A stretch of DNA of 64,000 nt from an uncultured Rikenellaceae bacterium (lineage in GTDB: Bacteria; Bacteroidota; Bacteroidia; Bacteroidales; VadinHA17): the NCBI GenBank assembly GCA_964419775.1, contig CAYQRF010000002.1:7837-71836 (forward strand), in the 5' to 3' direction. The position numbers and the translations under genes are program-made. How positions within the stretch are numbered: position 1 is the first letter of the stretch; each line of letters starts with the position of its first letter. Below the pieces are notes generated by a model. That model searched no databases. It had not been told where the DNA came from and was given only the letters and a program-made list of their open reading frames with translations. Below are positions 19,743-30,621 of this stretch, one piece after another.

Positions 19743-20903
19743 ATGTCAAAGATAAAACTGCTGAATATCGTAGGGGCAAGGCCTCAGATAATAAAGTCTT
19801 CAGCAATCAGCAGAGCGATACGGACAGGTTTTTCTGACCAGATAACTGAAATTACGCTTCATACAGGCCAGCACTATGACAAGGAAATGTCGGATGTGTT
19901 TTTCGATGAACTCGAAATCCATAAACCCGACTTTAATCTGGGTGTGGGATCTGCCAGACATGGACGCCAGACTGCAGCCATGATAACAGGTATTGAAGAA
20001 GTGCTTCTGGACGAAAAACCTGACGGGTTACTGCTTTACGGAGATACGAATTCAACCCTTGCCGGAGCAATAGCAGCATCAAAACAGCATTTTCCGGTGA
20101 TTCATATCGAAGCCGGCCTCAGATCGTTCAACAAGGCTATGCCTGAGGAGCTTAACAGGATCATAAGCGATCATGCATCGACCCTTCTTTTTGCCCCGAC
20201 CAATGCTGCTTTCAAGAATTTGATACATGAGGGTTTCCGGCCCGAGAACAGTCCGCCCTATACGATCGATAATCCCAAGATCTACCTTACGGGCGATATT
20301 ATGTATGACAATTCACTGTTTTTTGCCGAACTTGCCGAACGTAAAAAGGGCGAGCTGCTGGAGTCACTGTCACTGGAGAGAGGAAAGTTTGTACTTGCCA
20401 CCATTCACAGGGATATGAACACTGACGATCCCAAAAGGCTTGAAGCAATTCTTTCAACGCTTAAGAACCTGGCCGAGGAGTACAGGATCCCATTTGTACT
20501 GCCATTCCATCCGCGTACCATGAATTCGCTTAAGACGGGCCTTGTGAGTCTTCTCGAGGATCTGCGCAAATCGAAGTATATCAGGATAATTCCGCCGGTC
20601 TCTTATCTCACCATGACTTTCCTCGAAAAGAACTGCTACATGATAGTGACTGATTCGGGTGGTGTACAGAAGGAATCCCATTTTTTCAGAAAGCCCTGTA
20701 TAGTTCTTCGAAAAGAGACCGAATGGATAGAACTTGTTGCAAATGGAACTGTTATGCTGGCTGATGCCAATCCCGACCTTATTCATCATGCTTTTGAGGG
20801 GTATTTTCAGTCAGGCATAAATCTTGAGTATCCGGGCTTCTATGGAGATGGCAAAACGTCCGAATTCATACTCAGGGAGATACTGTTGCTTCTGGAACGA
20901 TGA
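19743..20903 (+). CDS. wecB: UDP-N-acetylglucosamine 2-epimerase (non-hydrolysing)
   Basis: VGARPQIIKSSAI...HTGQHYD...YGDTNSTLAGA...IHIEAGLRS motif series. Confidence 0.85.
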   Translation: MSKIKLLNIVGARPQIIKSSAISRAIRTGFSDQITEITLHTGQHYDKEMSDVFFDELEIHKPDFNLGVGSARHGRQTAAMITGIEEVLLDEKPDGLLLYGDTNSTLAGAIAASKQHFPVIHIEAGLRSFNKAMPEELNRIISDHASTLLFAPTNAAFKNLIHEGFRPENSPPYTIDNPKIYLTGDIMYDNSLFFAELAERKKGELLESLSLERGKFVLATIHRDMNTDDPKRLEAILSTLKNLAEEYRIPFVLPFHPRTMNSLKTGLVSLLEDLRKSKYIRIIPPVSYLTMTFLEKNCYMIVTDSGGVQKESHFFRKPCIVLRKETEWIELVANGTVMLADANPDLIHHAFEGYFQSGINLEYPGFYGDGKTSEFILREILLLLER

Positions 20904-20963
20904 TTTCATTGTTCCGGGAGAAATAAAAACCGGCTGAAACCGTTCTTTTTCTAAAGTTTTCCA

Positions 20964-21947
20964 ATGAATCGCAGATTAAGCGGCTTTAAGGTACTGGTAA
21001 CAGGAGGTGCAGGCTTCATCGGATCGAACCTGGTTGAATCCCTGCTCGCTTCGGACAATTACGTAGTATGCCTCGATAATTTTTCGACCGGAAAAAGAGA
21101 AAACATTTCCGGTTTCATTAACAATCCCCGTTTTGAGCTTATCGAAGGAGATATACGCAACTATTCCGACTGTGAGAAGGCAGTTAAGGGTGCGGATTTT
21201 GTATTTCACCAGGCTGCACTGGGCTCGGTGCCCCGATCGATAAAGGATCCGGTAACATCGACCGATGTCAATATAGGTGGCTTTGTAAAGATGATCAATG
21301 CGTCGAGGGAGGCAGGTGTCAGAAGATTTATCTATGCAGCCAGTTCTTCAACATATGGTGATCATCCGGGGCTTCCGAAGGTGGAAGACAAGATAGGCAA
21401 GCCGCTCTCACCATATGCTATTACAAAATATGTAGATGAACTGTATGCTGCTAACTTTGCGTCTACCTATGGCACCGAATCCATAGGTCTCAGGTATTTC
21501 AACGTCTTTGGCCGCCGTCAGGATCCATTGGGAGCATACGCAGCCGTAATTCCCCTTTTCGTTAAGAAACTTATGAGCCATGAAGCTCCTGTTATTAACG
21601 GTGACGGGACTTACTCAAGGGATTTCACCTATGTCGATAACGTTGTTCAGGCCAATCATCTTGCTGCACTGGCTGCCGACGCTGATGCTGTCAACCAGGT
21701 TTACAATGTGGCTCACGGAGAACGGACAAACCTGAATGAGTTGTTTGAGATGATAAAGCAGCTGATTGGCCTGTTTGACAAGGATGTATTGAATTTAACT
21801 CCTTCATTTGGTCCGGTAAGGGCAGGTGATATACCTCATTCCCTTGCTTCAATAGAAAAGGCCGTGAGATTGCTCGGATACAAACCAACTCATACTGTCA
21901 GGGAAGGAATGGAAGAAGCGATAGGCTGGTACCGTGCCAATTTGTAA
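20964..21947 (+). CDS. NAD-dependent nucleotide-sugar epimerase (SDR; WbpP/TviC/CapI-like)
   Basis: [12 protein letters not shown] Rossmann motif and the SPYAITK (YxxxK) catalytic motif in a 327-aa ORF. Confidence 0.85.
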   Translation: MNRRLSGFKVLVTGGAGFIGSNLVESLLASDNYVVCLDNFSTGKRENISGFINNPRFELIEGDIRNYSDCEKAVKGADFVFHQAALGSVPRSIKDPVTSTDVNIGGFVKMINASREAGVRRFIYAASSSTYGDHPGLPKVEDKIGKPLSPYAITKYVDELYAANFASTYGTESIGLRYFNVFGRRQDPLGAYAAVIPLFVKKLMSHEAPVINGDGTYSRDFTYVDNVVQANHLAALAADADAVNQVYNVAHGERTNLNELFEMIKQLIGLFDKDVLNLTPSFGPVRAGDIPHSLASIEKAVRLLGYKPTHTVREGMEEAIGWYRANL

Positions 21948-21968
21948 CATTTGTTACATTTTTTCACT

Positions 21969-22832
21969 TTAAATGATTCTCATTACCACAGCGGCAAGAT
22001 TCATCATAGCCGGCTTGTAATCGTTTATAAATTCACCTGTAACCCTGTTTCCAATCACCAGGCATACCGTAATGGCTTTGTGTCCCAGCAGGCCTGACAG
22101 ACCATAGATGGCGGAACTTTCCATTTCGTAGTTGCTGATTGTCCTGCCACGGAAAGAGAATTCCGCCAGTTTGCCGTTAATTTCATTATCGAAGGTCTCA
22201 AGCCGGAGTTTTCTTCCCTGCGGGCCGTAAAAACCGGGAGCAGAAATGGTGATACCCCTGATGAAATTTTCTCCGCGGAATAGCTCAGCAAGGTCCTTGT
22301 TGGCATTTACGGCATAGGGGAAGGGGAGAGTATCGGGCCACTCAAGATATTCAGCCATCACCGACGACAGAATGTTGTCAAGAATCCAGTCGTAGCCCTC
22401 GTAAAAATGAATCAGGCCGTCGAAGCCAACAGCAGTCTCGGCAAGCACATAAGATCCGGTTGGAACATCCGCCCTCAAACCTCCGGAGGTGCCTATCCTG
22501 ACCAGTGTCAGCGAAACCGGTTCAGCTTTTGGTTCGCCGGTGGCAAGGTCAATATTGACGAGGGCATCAAGCTCGTTTATCAGAATGTCAATGTTGTCGG
22601 TTCCGATGCCTGATGAAATAATTGTAATCTCAGTTCCTCCGTAGAATCCGGTCACAGTTTTGAATTCCCTGTTTTCCTTTCTGACACGAATGTCGGTAAG
22701 AAGGGATGACATCATATCAACCCGTCCGGGATCCCCGACGATGATTATTTTGTCAGCTATGTCGCCCGGGAGAAGATTCAGATGGAAAATACTTCCGTCT
22801 CTGTTTGTTATCAGTTCGGTCTTCTTCTGCAT
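21969..22832 (-). CDS. nucleoside phosphorylase (PNP/UDP_1 family)
   Basis: 287-aa ORF containing GDPGRVDMM, SSGIGTDN, RIGTSGG and EMESSAIYG, which are typical of uridine/purine nucleoside phosphorylases. Confidence 0.75.
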   Translation of the reverse strand: MQKKTELITNRDGSIFHLNLLPGDIADKIIIVGDPGRVDMMSSLLTDIRVRKENREFKTVTGFYGGTEITIISSGIGTDNIDILINELDALVNIDLATGEPKAEPVSLTLVRIGTSGGLRADVPTGSYVLAETAVGFDGLIHFYEGYDWILDNILSSVMAEYLEWPDTLPFPYAVNANKDLAELFRGENFIRGITISAPGFYGPQGRKLRLETFDNEINGKLAEFSFRGRTISNYEMESSAIYGLSGLLGHKAITVCLVIGNRVTGEFINDYKPAMMNLAAVVMRII

Positions 22833-22877
22833 AATGAAAATTTGATGACCAAAGATAGCAAATCCGGGTGAACCATT

Positions 22878-24203
22878 TTACTGATAATACTCCATTATCC
22901 TTCCGGAAATAAGCATAAGCGATATTTCCGCCAGCTTCGCCTGATACTCGACTGAGAGCAGGCTTTCGCGGGCGTCGAGGAGGCTTTTCTGAACTTCCCT
23001 CAGGTCAATTCCCGACAAACTTCCAAGCTTATACCTTTCCATTGCGATCTCGAGGTTCTCGCTTGCGGTCTGAAGGTTCTGGTTCTCGAGGGTAATCAGT
23101 CTCAGGTAATTGCTGTAAGCGCTGTAGAGAGTGATCAGGTCAGCTCTCACACCCTGCTCAACTTCCTGGTACCTCAGTTCCCTGTTCTGAATTTCAATTT
23201 CAGCGTTTTTTATGCTTCTCCTCTGGTTCAGACCGTCGAAAATATTCATGCCAAGAGTAAGTCCGTAGTTCATTCCGTTGGTGTTCTGACGCTCCATGGT
23301 CCCTGCAGAGTAATTGTTCAGGGTGGTTGTATATCCCGAGGATGCATTAAGATAAGGATAACTTCTTGAAACTACCAGTTTCCGGTCAAACTCCGAAATC
23401 GTTTTGTTTTTTAAGGCAATCAGGAGGCTGGTATTATTTGTAAGTGTCTCATCAAGCAGCTTCTCAAAAAGAAGCTCGGGATTTACTGAGATGGCGGTGT
23501 CGCTGGTGGAAAACAACTGACTCAGGTCTTCAACTGCCATCAGCTCATTAAGGCGGATCTGGGCAGCCCTGACCACTTCGGTCTGACGCGAAAGCCTTGA
23601 ACTGTCGGCATTGAGGTAAACCCTCGACTGCAATACCTGAAGTTTTGAGCTGGATCCAAGAAGATAGCGGTCCTCGTCAATCCTTAGTCGTTCCTTGGAA
23701 AGAGTTACGGCATACTGAAGATTTTTCAGGAGCATCGTCTGCTCAATATAATTATAGTATGCTGAAATTATGCCCGAGACAAGGTTCTCAACCGAAAACT
23801 GGGTGTTAAGCTCTCCGATCTGTTTCAGTTCATTGAGCTTTTTATAGGTAGTCTGAACATTGAAACCGTTGAAAATCGTCATTCCCATTGAAAGGCCGGC
23901 ATTTGCAGTTGCTGTATGCTCCCCGTTTGACTCTGTTTCAGTTCCGTCGGTGAAGTTTCTTCTGGTGCTGTTAATATTTCCGCCGTATCTGCCTGAAAGG
24001 TCAAGAGAGGGAAGAAACCCGGCATTTCCAAGGGTGAAGTTGTTAAGCGCCACTTCCTCGCTGTTTTTGGAAATCAGCAGTGAGTAGTTCTTTTCGAGTC
24101 CTATACTGATACATTCATTGAGATCGTAAACGATCTGGGCACCGGAATTTATGCTGACTGCCAGGAACAGCAGGCTAGGCAACAGCAGTTTTAGTTTCAT
24201 CAT
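22878..24203 (-). CDS. TolC-family outer membrane efflux protein
   Basis: Signal peptide MMKLKLLLPSLLFLAVS, then two OEP repeats. It is the last gene of the RND operon. The track start at 24254 overlaps the RND gene, so the ATG at 24203 or 24200 is preferred. Confidence 0.85.
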   Translation of the reverse strand: MMKLKLLLPSLLFLAVSINSGAQIVYDLNECISIGLEKNYSLLISKNSEEVALNNFTLGNAGFLPSLDLSGRYGGNINSTRRNFTDGTETESNGEHTATANAGLSMGMTIFNGFNVQTTYKKLNELKQIGELNTQFSVENLVSGIISAYYNYIEQTMLLKNLQYAVTLSKERLRIDEDRYLLGSSSKLQVLQSRVYLNADSSRLSRQTEVVRAAQIRLNELMAVEDLSQLFSTSDTAISVNPELLFEKLLDETLTNNTSLLIALKNKTISEFDRKLVVSRSYPYLNASSGYTTTLNNYSAGTMERQNTNGMNYGLTLGMNIFDGLNQRRSIKNAEIEIQNRELRYQEVEQGVRADLITLYSAYSNYLRLITLENQNLQTASENLEIAMERYKLGSLSGIDLREVQKSLLDARESLLSVEYQAKLAEISLMLISGRIMEYYQ

Positions 24204-27200
24204 CTTTATTTTTTGGTTCACTTGAGATGTAAGTATAAATGGCGGGCACCACAAACAGCGTAAGAAATGTTGAAAACATCATTCCTCCTACAACAGTAAT
24301 ACCCATAGCTACACGGCTTTGGGCACCTTCGCCCAGTCCGAGAGCCAGCGGCAGCAGTCCGAAGATGGTTGCTAGACTTGTCATCAGGATCGGCCGGAAC
24401 CTTGAGGCAGCTGCACTCTTGATAGCATCCACTTTGTTGAGACCTGCGGCTTTTCTCTGGTTGGCAAATTCGACAAGCAATATTCCGTTCTTTGATACAA
24501 GCCCGATCAGCATGATCAGACCGATCTGGCTGAAAATATTCATGGTGATATTAAAATACCACATGAAAATCAGAGCTCCGGTAAGGGCAAGCGGTACTGT
24601 CATCATGACGATGAACGGATCCTTGAAGCTTTCAAACTGAGCAGCAAGCACAAGGAAAATAAGAATAAGTGCAAGCATAAATGCAAACATGAGGCTTGAA
24701 GAGCTTTCAGTATAATCTTTTGAGTCACCGGCCAGAGCCGTTCTGAACGACTCATCGAGCACCTCATCGGCAATCCTGTCCATTTCTTCGATCCCTTCAC
24801 TTATCGTCTTTCCTGGTACCAGTCCTGCAGATACGGTCGCAGCAACGAACCTGTTGTAACGATAGAGCTGCGGAGGTGCAGTTTCTTCCGAAAGGGTAAC
24901 CAGGTTGTCGAACTGAATCATTTCTCCCTTATTGCTTCTGACGTACAACGATTTAAGGTCAAGCGGCTTGTTTCTGTTCTCACGGGCAAGTTCGCCAAGT
25001 ATCTGGTATTGTTTTCCGTTCATAAAGAAGTAACCGAACCTCTGACCGCTGAGAGCAAGCTGCAGGGTTTGACCAATATTCTGAGTCGAAACACCCAGTG
25101 TAATGGCTTTTTCCCTGTTTATATGGATTCTGAGTTCAGGCTTGGTGAATTTCAGGTTCACGTCAGCCATTTGAAGGACCTCGCTGTCATTGACTTTGTT
25201 CATAAAGGGAGGTATAACTTCCCTTAGCTTCTCAATATCGGTAGCCTGCAGAACATACTGCACGGGCATCCCCATACGTCTCTGTCCGAATGTTGACTGT
25301 TGCTGAACAAAGGCTCTTGCCTTGGTTTTGCTCCTTACATCAATGGAAAGCCGATCGGCAATTTCCTGCTGCGACCGGCTCCTTTCATCCGGACCTACAA
25401 GGTTAATCCTTATGTTGGCGAATGTCCCGCCGCGTACCATTGATGTATAGGAGAGCCTTTCCGGGACTCTATCTTCAACCAGCTCAGCCAGGTCATCCAC
25501 ATAGGCAAGCATGTATTCGTAAGTGGCTCCTTCGGCAGCAGATGTATTTATTGTAATCTGCGACCTGTCCTCCAATGGAGCCATTTCTCCCGGGATTGTA
25601 AACCAGAGCAAGCCAATCAGACCAATTGATACGACAAGGATAATAAGTGCAAATCTGCGGTTTTTAAGAAAAGTTTCCAGGTTCCTTCTGTACCATTCAT
25701 TCATCCCTATGAAAAACGGCTCCGTTTTCCTGAAAATCCAGGTGTGGCTCTTTTCCTGCCTCAGGAGCTTTGTGGAAACCATTGGCGTCAGCGAAAGCGC
25801 GAGGAAGGCTGAAATTGTTACAGTTCCGGCCATTACCATTCCAAACTCCCTGAACAACCGGCCGGTGATGCCCTCCAGAAATACGATAGGGAAGAATACC
25901 GAGACAAGGGTTATAGTGGTAGAAATAATTGCAAAATAGATCTCCTTTGAACCCGTCAACCCTGCTTCAAGGGGAGGCATCCCCGATTCCACCTTTACAA
26001 ATATATTCTCCATTACAACAATTGCATCGTCCACGACGATCCCGATTGCAAGAACGAGTGCAAGAAGAGTAAGGACGTTTATTGTGAAACCGGCCAGGTA
26101 CATTATGAAAAATGCTCCGACCAGTGAGACCGGGATCACCAGGATGGGTATTATTGTTGCCCTCCAGCTTCTGAGGAAGAAATAGATGATAACAACCACG
26201 AGTGCGAAAGCAATGAAAATAGTGTCCTCAACCTCTTTTATTGATGAACGTATATAGGCTGTATTGTCGTAGTTCACATTTACCTGTACATCATCCGGCA
26301 GATCTTTTCTGATATATTCAAGCCGTCTGAATATCTCATCGACTATTTCAATATGATTTGATCCGGGCTGGGGTATTATGGCAATCATGGCCATGGGAAC
26401 ACCATTGTTTTTTAATATCCCCCGTATGTCTTCAGGACCAAGTTCGGCCCTTCCTACATCCTGGAATCTGACGATCTGATCTCCGGTCTGTTTGATTATA
26501 AGGTCGTTGAATTGTTTAGGAGTCGTCATCAGTCCCAATGTCCTTATAGTGAGCTGGGTTGTCGTTCCTTCTATGCTTCCCGACGGCAATTCAACATTTT
26601 CACGCGAAATGGCATCCCTCACATCCATTGGTGTTAGTCCATAACCTGCAAGTTTCACGGGATCGATCCACAAGCGCATTGAATATCTCTTTTCACCGAA
26701 AATATTTACCGCACTCACACCTGAAACAGTCTGGAGTTGTTCCTTCAGGGTAAGGTCAGCAATCTCGGAAAGCTGAAGCAGAGATCTCTTATTACTCTCA
26801 ACCGTCAGGAAGAGAATAGGGTTTGCATCTGCGTCGGCCTTGGTGACTGTCGGAGGGTCGCAGTCGCGCGGCAGCCTTCTCTGTGCCTGCGAAACCTTGT
26901 CCCTTACATCATTGGCTGCGGTTTCCAGATCGACTGAAAGCTCGAATTCAACAGTTATCCTGCTCGATCCCTGGCTGCTGACGCTGGTCAGGGTACGAAC
27001 TCCGGGAATACCGTTGATCGATTGCTCGAGAGGTTCCGTTATCTGTGTTTCAATAACATCAGAATTTGCTCCCGGGTATGATGTATTGACAGATATTATA
27101 GCCGGATCAACACTTGGAAATTCACGGATACCAAGGAATGTTGCACCTACTATACCGAACAGTACAATTACAATGGCAAAAACCGTTGCAAGGACCGGCC

Positions 27201-27228
27201 GGTTTATACTTGTCGATGATAGACTCAT
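24175..27228 (-). CDS. RND multidrug efflux permease (AcrB/HAE1 family)
   Basis: 1017-aa ORF with 12 TM helices and two large periplasmic loops. N-terminal INRPVLATVFAIVIVLFG. Confidence 0.95.
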   Translation of the reverse strand: MSLSSTSINRPVLATVFAIVIVLFGIVGATFLGIREFPSVDPAIISVNTSYPGANSDVIETQITEPLEQSINGIPGVRTLTSVSSQGSSRITVEFELSVDLETAANDVRDKVSQAQRRLPRDCDPPTVTKADADANPILFLTVESNKRSLLQLSEIADLTLKEQLQTVSGVSAVNIFGEKRYSMRLWIDPVKLAGYGLTPMDVRDAISRENVELPSGSIEGTTTQLTIRTLGLMTTPKQFNDLIIKQTGDQIVRFQDVGRAELGPEDIRGILKNNGVPMAMIAIIPQPGSNHIEIVDEIFRRLEYIRKDLPDDVQVNVNYDNTAYIRSSIKEVEDTIFIAFALVVVIIYFFLRSWRATIIPILVIPVSLVGAFFIMYLAGFTINVLTLLALVLAIGIVVDDAIVVMENIFVKVESGMPPLEAGLTGSKEIYFAIISTTITLVSVFFPIVFLEGITGRLFREFGMVMAGTVTISAFLALSLTPMVSTKLLRQEKSHTWIFRKTEPFFIGMNEWYRRNLETFLKNRRFALIILVVSIGLIGLLWFTIPGEMAPLEDRSQITINTSAAEGATYEYMLAYVDDLAELVEDRVPERLSYTSMVRGGTFANIRINLVGPDERSRSQQEIADRLSIDVRSKTKARAFVQQQSTFGQRRMGMPVQYVLQATDIEKLREVIPPFMNKVNDSEVLQMADVNLKFTKPELRIHINREKAITLGVSTQNIGQTLQLALSGQRFGYFFMNGKQYQILGELARENRNKPLDLKSLYVRSNKGEMIQFDNLVTLSEETAPPQLYRYNRFVAATVSAGLVPGKTISEGIEEMDRIADEVLDESFRTALAGDSKDYTESSSSLMFAFMLALILIFLVLAAQFESFKDPFIVMMTVPLALTGALIFMWYFNITMNIFSQIGLIMLIGLVSKNGILLVEFANQRKAAGLNKVDAIKSAAASRFRPILMTSLATIFGLLPLALGLGEGAQSRVAMGITVVGGMMFSTFLTLFVVPAIYTYISSEPKNKDDETKTAVA

Positions 27229-27247
27229 TATTTGATTTGTGTTTAAA

Positions 27248-28354
27248 TTAATTTACAACAAGGGTATCAAGCACCACGGGAAGATTTTGTCTCAACTGAA
27301 GTATGCCTGAAGTAAGAAGCGTGTCGCCGAACTTGAGGCCGCTTGTTATCTGAACCTGTGATTCCGTTCTGAGTCCGACACCCACTTTCAGGACTTCTGC
27401 CTTGCCATTACGGTACACGTAAACCATTTCTCCCTCCATTTCAGGAGTGATTGCTTCGGTCGGAACAGAAATGGCATCATCGATCTGTGAAAGCAAAAGA
27501 GTAACCGATGTGAAACGTCCGGGTTTCAGTTCTTCATTGTTGTTAGGATAAAGAGCACGCAGAACAATTGACCGTGTTGCTATATCAACCTGCGGATCGA
27601 CAGCATATACTTTTGCATTGTATACATCGTTTGAACCGTCCATCGTAAATGTCACGGGATAACCGATTTTAATCTGATTTGCATAACGTTCGGGAATCGT
27701 GAATTCAATTTTTATGGGTTTGATCTTTACCAGCCTTGCAATTTTTGTCGATGGATTGGTATAGCTTCCTTCACTTACGTACCTGAGACCAATTATGCCG
27801 TCAAACGGGGCACGAAGCTCAGTCTCTGCAATCCTGGCACCCACAAGGTTGATATCAGCCTGAATGGTCTGAAGCTCCGTTACAATCTGATCGTAACTTT
27901 CCTGGCTTATTGCATCCTTGTCGAGCAGGCTGCGCTGGCGGAATTCCTTTTCTTCTATGAGTTTTTTCTGGGCCTGCAGTTTTTCGAGCTGGGCCTGAAG
28001 GGGTCTGTCATTGATTTTTGCAAGCAGATCACCCTTTTTTACACGGGTTCCTTCGGTAAAATTGATGCCCACAATTTTCCCTGAAGTTTCAAAAGCAAGC
28101 TCTACAGTCTCGTCAGGCTTTAATGTACCGGTACTCACATAGAGGTCGCTCATTTGCTGAGGTTTTATTAAATACCCGCTGACATTGAGAACTTGCCGTC
28201 CTGCCCCTCCGGGTCCTCCTCCGGCAGTCATTCCCGGTCCGCCCGGACCACCTGACTTCGACGAGAAGATTGGTTTTATTTTAGGATAGAATACAATTAC
28301 TGCAGCCACAAGGATAAGCAGAATTGTTATGATCAGTCTGTTTCTTTTCTTCAT
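27248..28354 (-). CDS. RND efflux periplasmic adaptor (membrane fusion protein)
   Basis: 368-aa ORF with a TM anchor, a Gly/Pro-rich linker (GGPGGPGMTAGGGPGGAG), and biotinyl-lipoyl-like and beta-barrel segments. It is the first gene of the operon. Confidence 0.9.
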   Translation of the reverse strand: MKKRNRLIITILLILVAAVIVFYPKIKPIFSSKSGGPGGPGMTAGGGPGGAGRQVLNVSGYLIKPQQMSDLYVSTGTLKPDETVELAFETSGKIVGINFTEGTRVKKGDLLAKINDRPLQAQLEKLQAQKKLIEEKEFRQRSLLDKDAISQESYDQIVTELQTIQADINLVGARIAETELRAPFDGIIGLRYVSEGSYTNPSTKIARLVKIKPIKIEFTIPERYANQIKIGYPVTFTMDGSNDVYNAKVYAVDPQVDIATRSIVLRALYPNNNEELKPGRFTSVTLLLSQIDDAISVPTEAITPEMEGEMVYVYRNGKAEVLKVGVGLRTESQVQITSGLKFGDTLLTSGILQLRQNLPVVLDTLVVN

Positions 28355-28637
28355 ACCGGTCTGTGCTAATAGAATTTACTGTTGATTTGAAAACGTACAT
28401 GAAAGATAATTGTTCATGTCTGATTCCATTTTTCCGGAACCGACACAAAAGTAGATTAATTCACGATGATTAAACAGCATGGAATTTTTAAAATATGTTA
28501 AAACAAAGTTCGCCCAATATTTCCGCTTTTATAATGCAAAATTTCACTAAAGCATATCAGGATTTTGTGGTTTCTTGATATTTTCGCAGATGCTTTCCGT
28601 GAAGTTGCGGTCAGCTTAATCAAAGTCATTAAATATT

Positions 28638-29105
28638 ATGATACAAAGAATTCAGTCTATATATCTGTTATTGACATCCATTGCATCAGTATTATTCCTT
28701 AGCGGAAACTTTTTAAGCTTTTTTAATGATTCAGGGTCACGGATATTCATGAATTACCGGGGAATCTGGACGGCTGTGCAGGAAGGGGCACCTCAAAATC
28801 TTGAAAGTCAGATAATCATACCGGTTGTTACTTTGCTGATAATCATCCTTTCAGTTGCAGCCATCTTTTTTTACAAAAACAGGAAAATTCAGATCAGGTT
28901 TACTCTTGCAACAATTATTCTTTCTGTTGCGTTAATTGCCCTGACAACCTGGTTTGCCTGGTCAGCAGGTGAGAAGTATCAGGCAGTTCTGAGTCCCGGA
29001 ATCCGTACATTTCTTCCGCTGATAATTCTTCTTTTCAGTATACTGGCATATCTTGGGATAAGGAAGGATGAAAACCTGGTCAGGTCGTACGACAGGCTCA
29101 GGTAA
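28638..29105 (+). CDS. DUF4293 family membrane protein
   Basis: MIQRIQSIYLLL N-terminus and four TM helices in a 155-aa ORF. Confidence 0.7.
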   Translation: MIQRIQSIYLLLTSIASVLFLSGNFLSFFNDSGSRIFMNYRGIWTAVQEGAPQNLESQIIIPVVTLLIIILSVAAIFFYKNRKIQIRFTLATIILSVALIALTTWFAWSAGEKYQAVLSPGIRTFLPLIILLFSILAYLGIRKDENLVRSYDRLR

Positions 29106-29128
29106 TATAGCGGGTTGATATTCCCTGA

Positions 29129-29587
29129 TCAGATTATATGCAGATTTTCCTGATCGGTTATCTTTTCACAATAATGGCATTTAAGGGCCACGCTTTTCTT
29201 TGATACAACCCTGAAACGGGTGATGACACGTTCAAAATTGGTTATGCATTTTGGGTTCATGCATTTTGCAATCCCGACAATTTGTTCAGGTACTTCAACC
29301 ACCTTCTTTTCAACCACTTCATAGTCCCTTATAATATTGAGCTTTGCATCGGGAGCAACCAGTGCTATCCTGTTGATGTCGGTGTCCTCAAAGTACTTCT
29401 CCGATATCTTGATAATGGCTTTTTTCCCCAGTTTCTTACTTTCAAGGTTTGTGCCGAAAGTGATCTGGCTGTCGATGTGGTCGAGTCCAAGGATTGAAAT
29501 GACCTTAAACAGATTCTTAGCAGGGATATGGTCGATAACTGTCCCGTTCTCGATTGCACTAACGCTGAGTTGTTTTGGTTCTTTCAT
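29129..29587 (-). CDS. pyrI: aspartate carbamoyltransferase regulatory subunit
   Basis: AIENGTVIDHIPA and the C-terminal zinc motif CMNPKCITN...LKCHYCEK. Located downstream of pyrB. Confidence 0.95.
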   Translation of the reverse strand: MKEPKQLSVSAIENGTVIDHIPAKNLFKVISILGLDHIDSQITFGTNLESKKLGKKAIIKISEKYFEDTDINRIALVAPDAKLNIIRDYEVVEKKVVEVPEQIVGIAKCMNPKCITNFERVITRFRVVSKKSVALKCHYCEKITDQENLHII

Positions 29588-29600
29588 TTCAGCCTCCGGA

Positions 29601-30509
29601 TTATTTAATTCCTAATAGTGAACACAATATTGCCTGCCTTGTAAAAACACCGTTCAGTGCCTGCTCAAAATAGTAAGCCTTAGGATTGGAATCCACATCC
29701 GTATGTATCTCGTTCACCCTTGGAAGGGGATGGAGTATCCTCATGTTTGGCTTTGTATTGGCAAGCATGGCGTTTTTAAGGACGTATACATTCTTGACTT
29801 TTTCATATTCAATGGGATCAGAGAACCTTTCCCGCTGGACCCTTGTCATGTAAATTATGTCAGCCCTTGAAATTATATCTGTAAAATCGAGGTGCTCATA
29901 GTATTTCAGGCCAAGGTTGTCGAGGTACAGCTTGAATTCTTCAGGCATCTTGAGTTCTTCGGGTGAAATGAAGTTAAAGGTAGTGTTCCACCTCGACATT
30001 GCCATCATGAGTGAATGAACAGTCCTGCCGTACTTCAGGTCGCCAACCATGAAGAGATTAAGGTTGTCGAGTGTTCCCTGGGTTTTTCTTATAGAATAGA
30101 GATCAAGCATAGTCTGGGTGGGATGCTGATTTGCACCGTCACCAGCATTGATAACCGGTACCGAAGAAATTTCGCTTGCAAATCTGGCGCTGCCCTCGAT
30201 CGGATGTCTCATTACAATAAGGTCGCTGTAGCTGCTTACCATCCTAATGGTGTCGTGCAGGGTTTCTCCCTTGGAGACGCTTGTTACACCGGAATCGGAG
30301 AACCCTACGATCTTTCCTCCCAGACGGTTTATGGCGCTTTCGAAGCTTAGCCTGGTTCGGGTCGACGGCTCAAAAAAGAGCGTTGCAATCACCTTGCCTT
30401 CGAGAAGCCTGCTGACAGGGTTCTTTTCAAATTCGACGGCATGGTCAAGGATTTTCAGGATCTCCTCGGTGCTTAAATCATCTATGGAAACCAAACTTCT
30501 GTTTTTCAT
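29601..30509 (-). CDS. pyrB: aspartate carbamoyltransferase catalytic subunit
   Basis: [17 protein letters not shown] and HPLPR motifs in a 302-aa ORF. Confidence 0.95.
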   Translation of the reverse strand: MKNRSLVSIDDLSTEEILKILDHAVEFEKNPVSRLLEGKVIATLFFEPSTRTRLSFESAINRLGGKIVGFSDSGVTSVSKGETLHDTIRMVSSYSDLIVMRHPIEGSARFASEISSVPVINAGDGANQHPTQTMLDLYSIRKTQGTLDNLNLFMVGDLKYGRTVHSLMMAMSRWNTTFNFISPEELKMPEEFKLYLDNLGLKYYEHLDFTDIISRADIIYMTRVQRERFSDPIEYEKVKNVYVLKNAMLANTKPNMRILHPLPRVNEIHTDVDSNPKAYYFEQALNGVFTRQAILCSLLGIK

Positions 30510-30621
30510 TGCTTTGGCTGATTAGGGAGTGTGTGAAATGCCTGAAACAAATTTATTCAAGAAGAGCCTTGGGAAGGATGCGTGTTGATAATTAACTAAC
30601 AACTTTCAGGGCAGCAATTTA

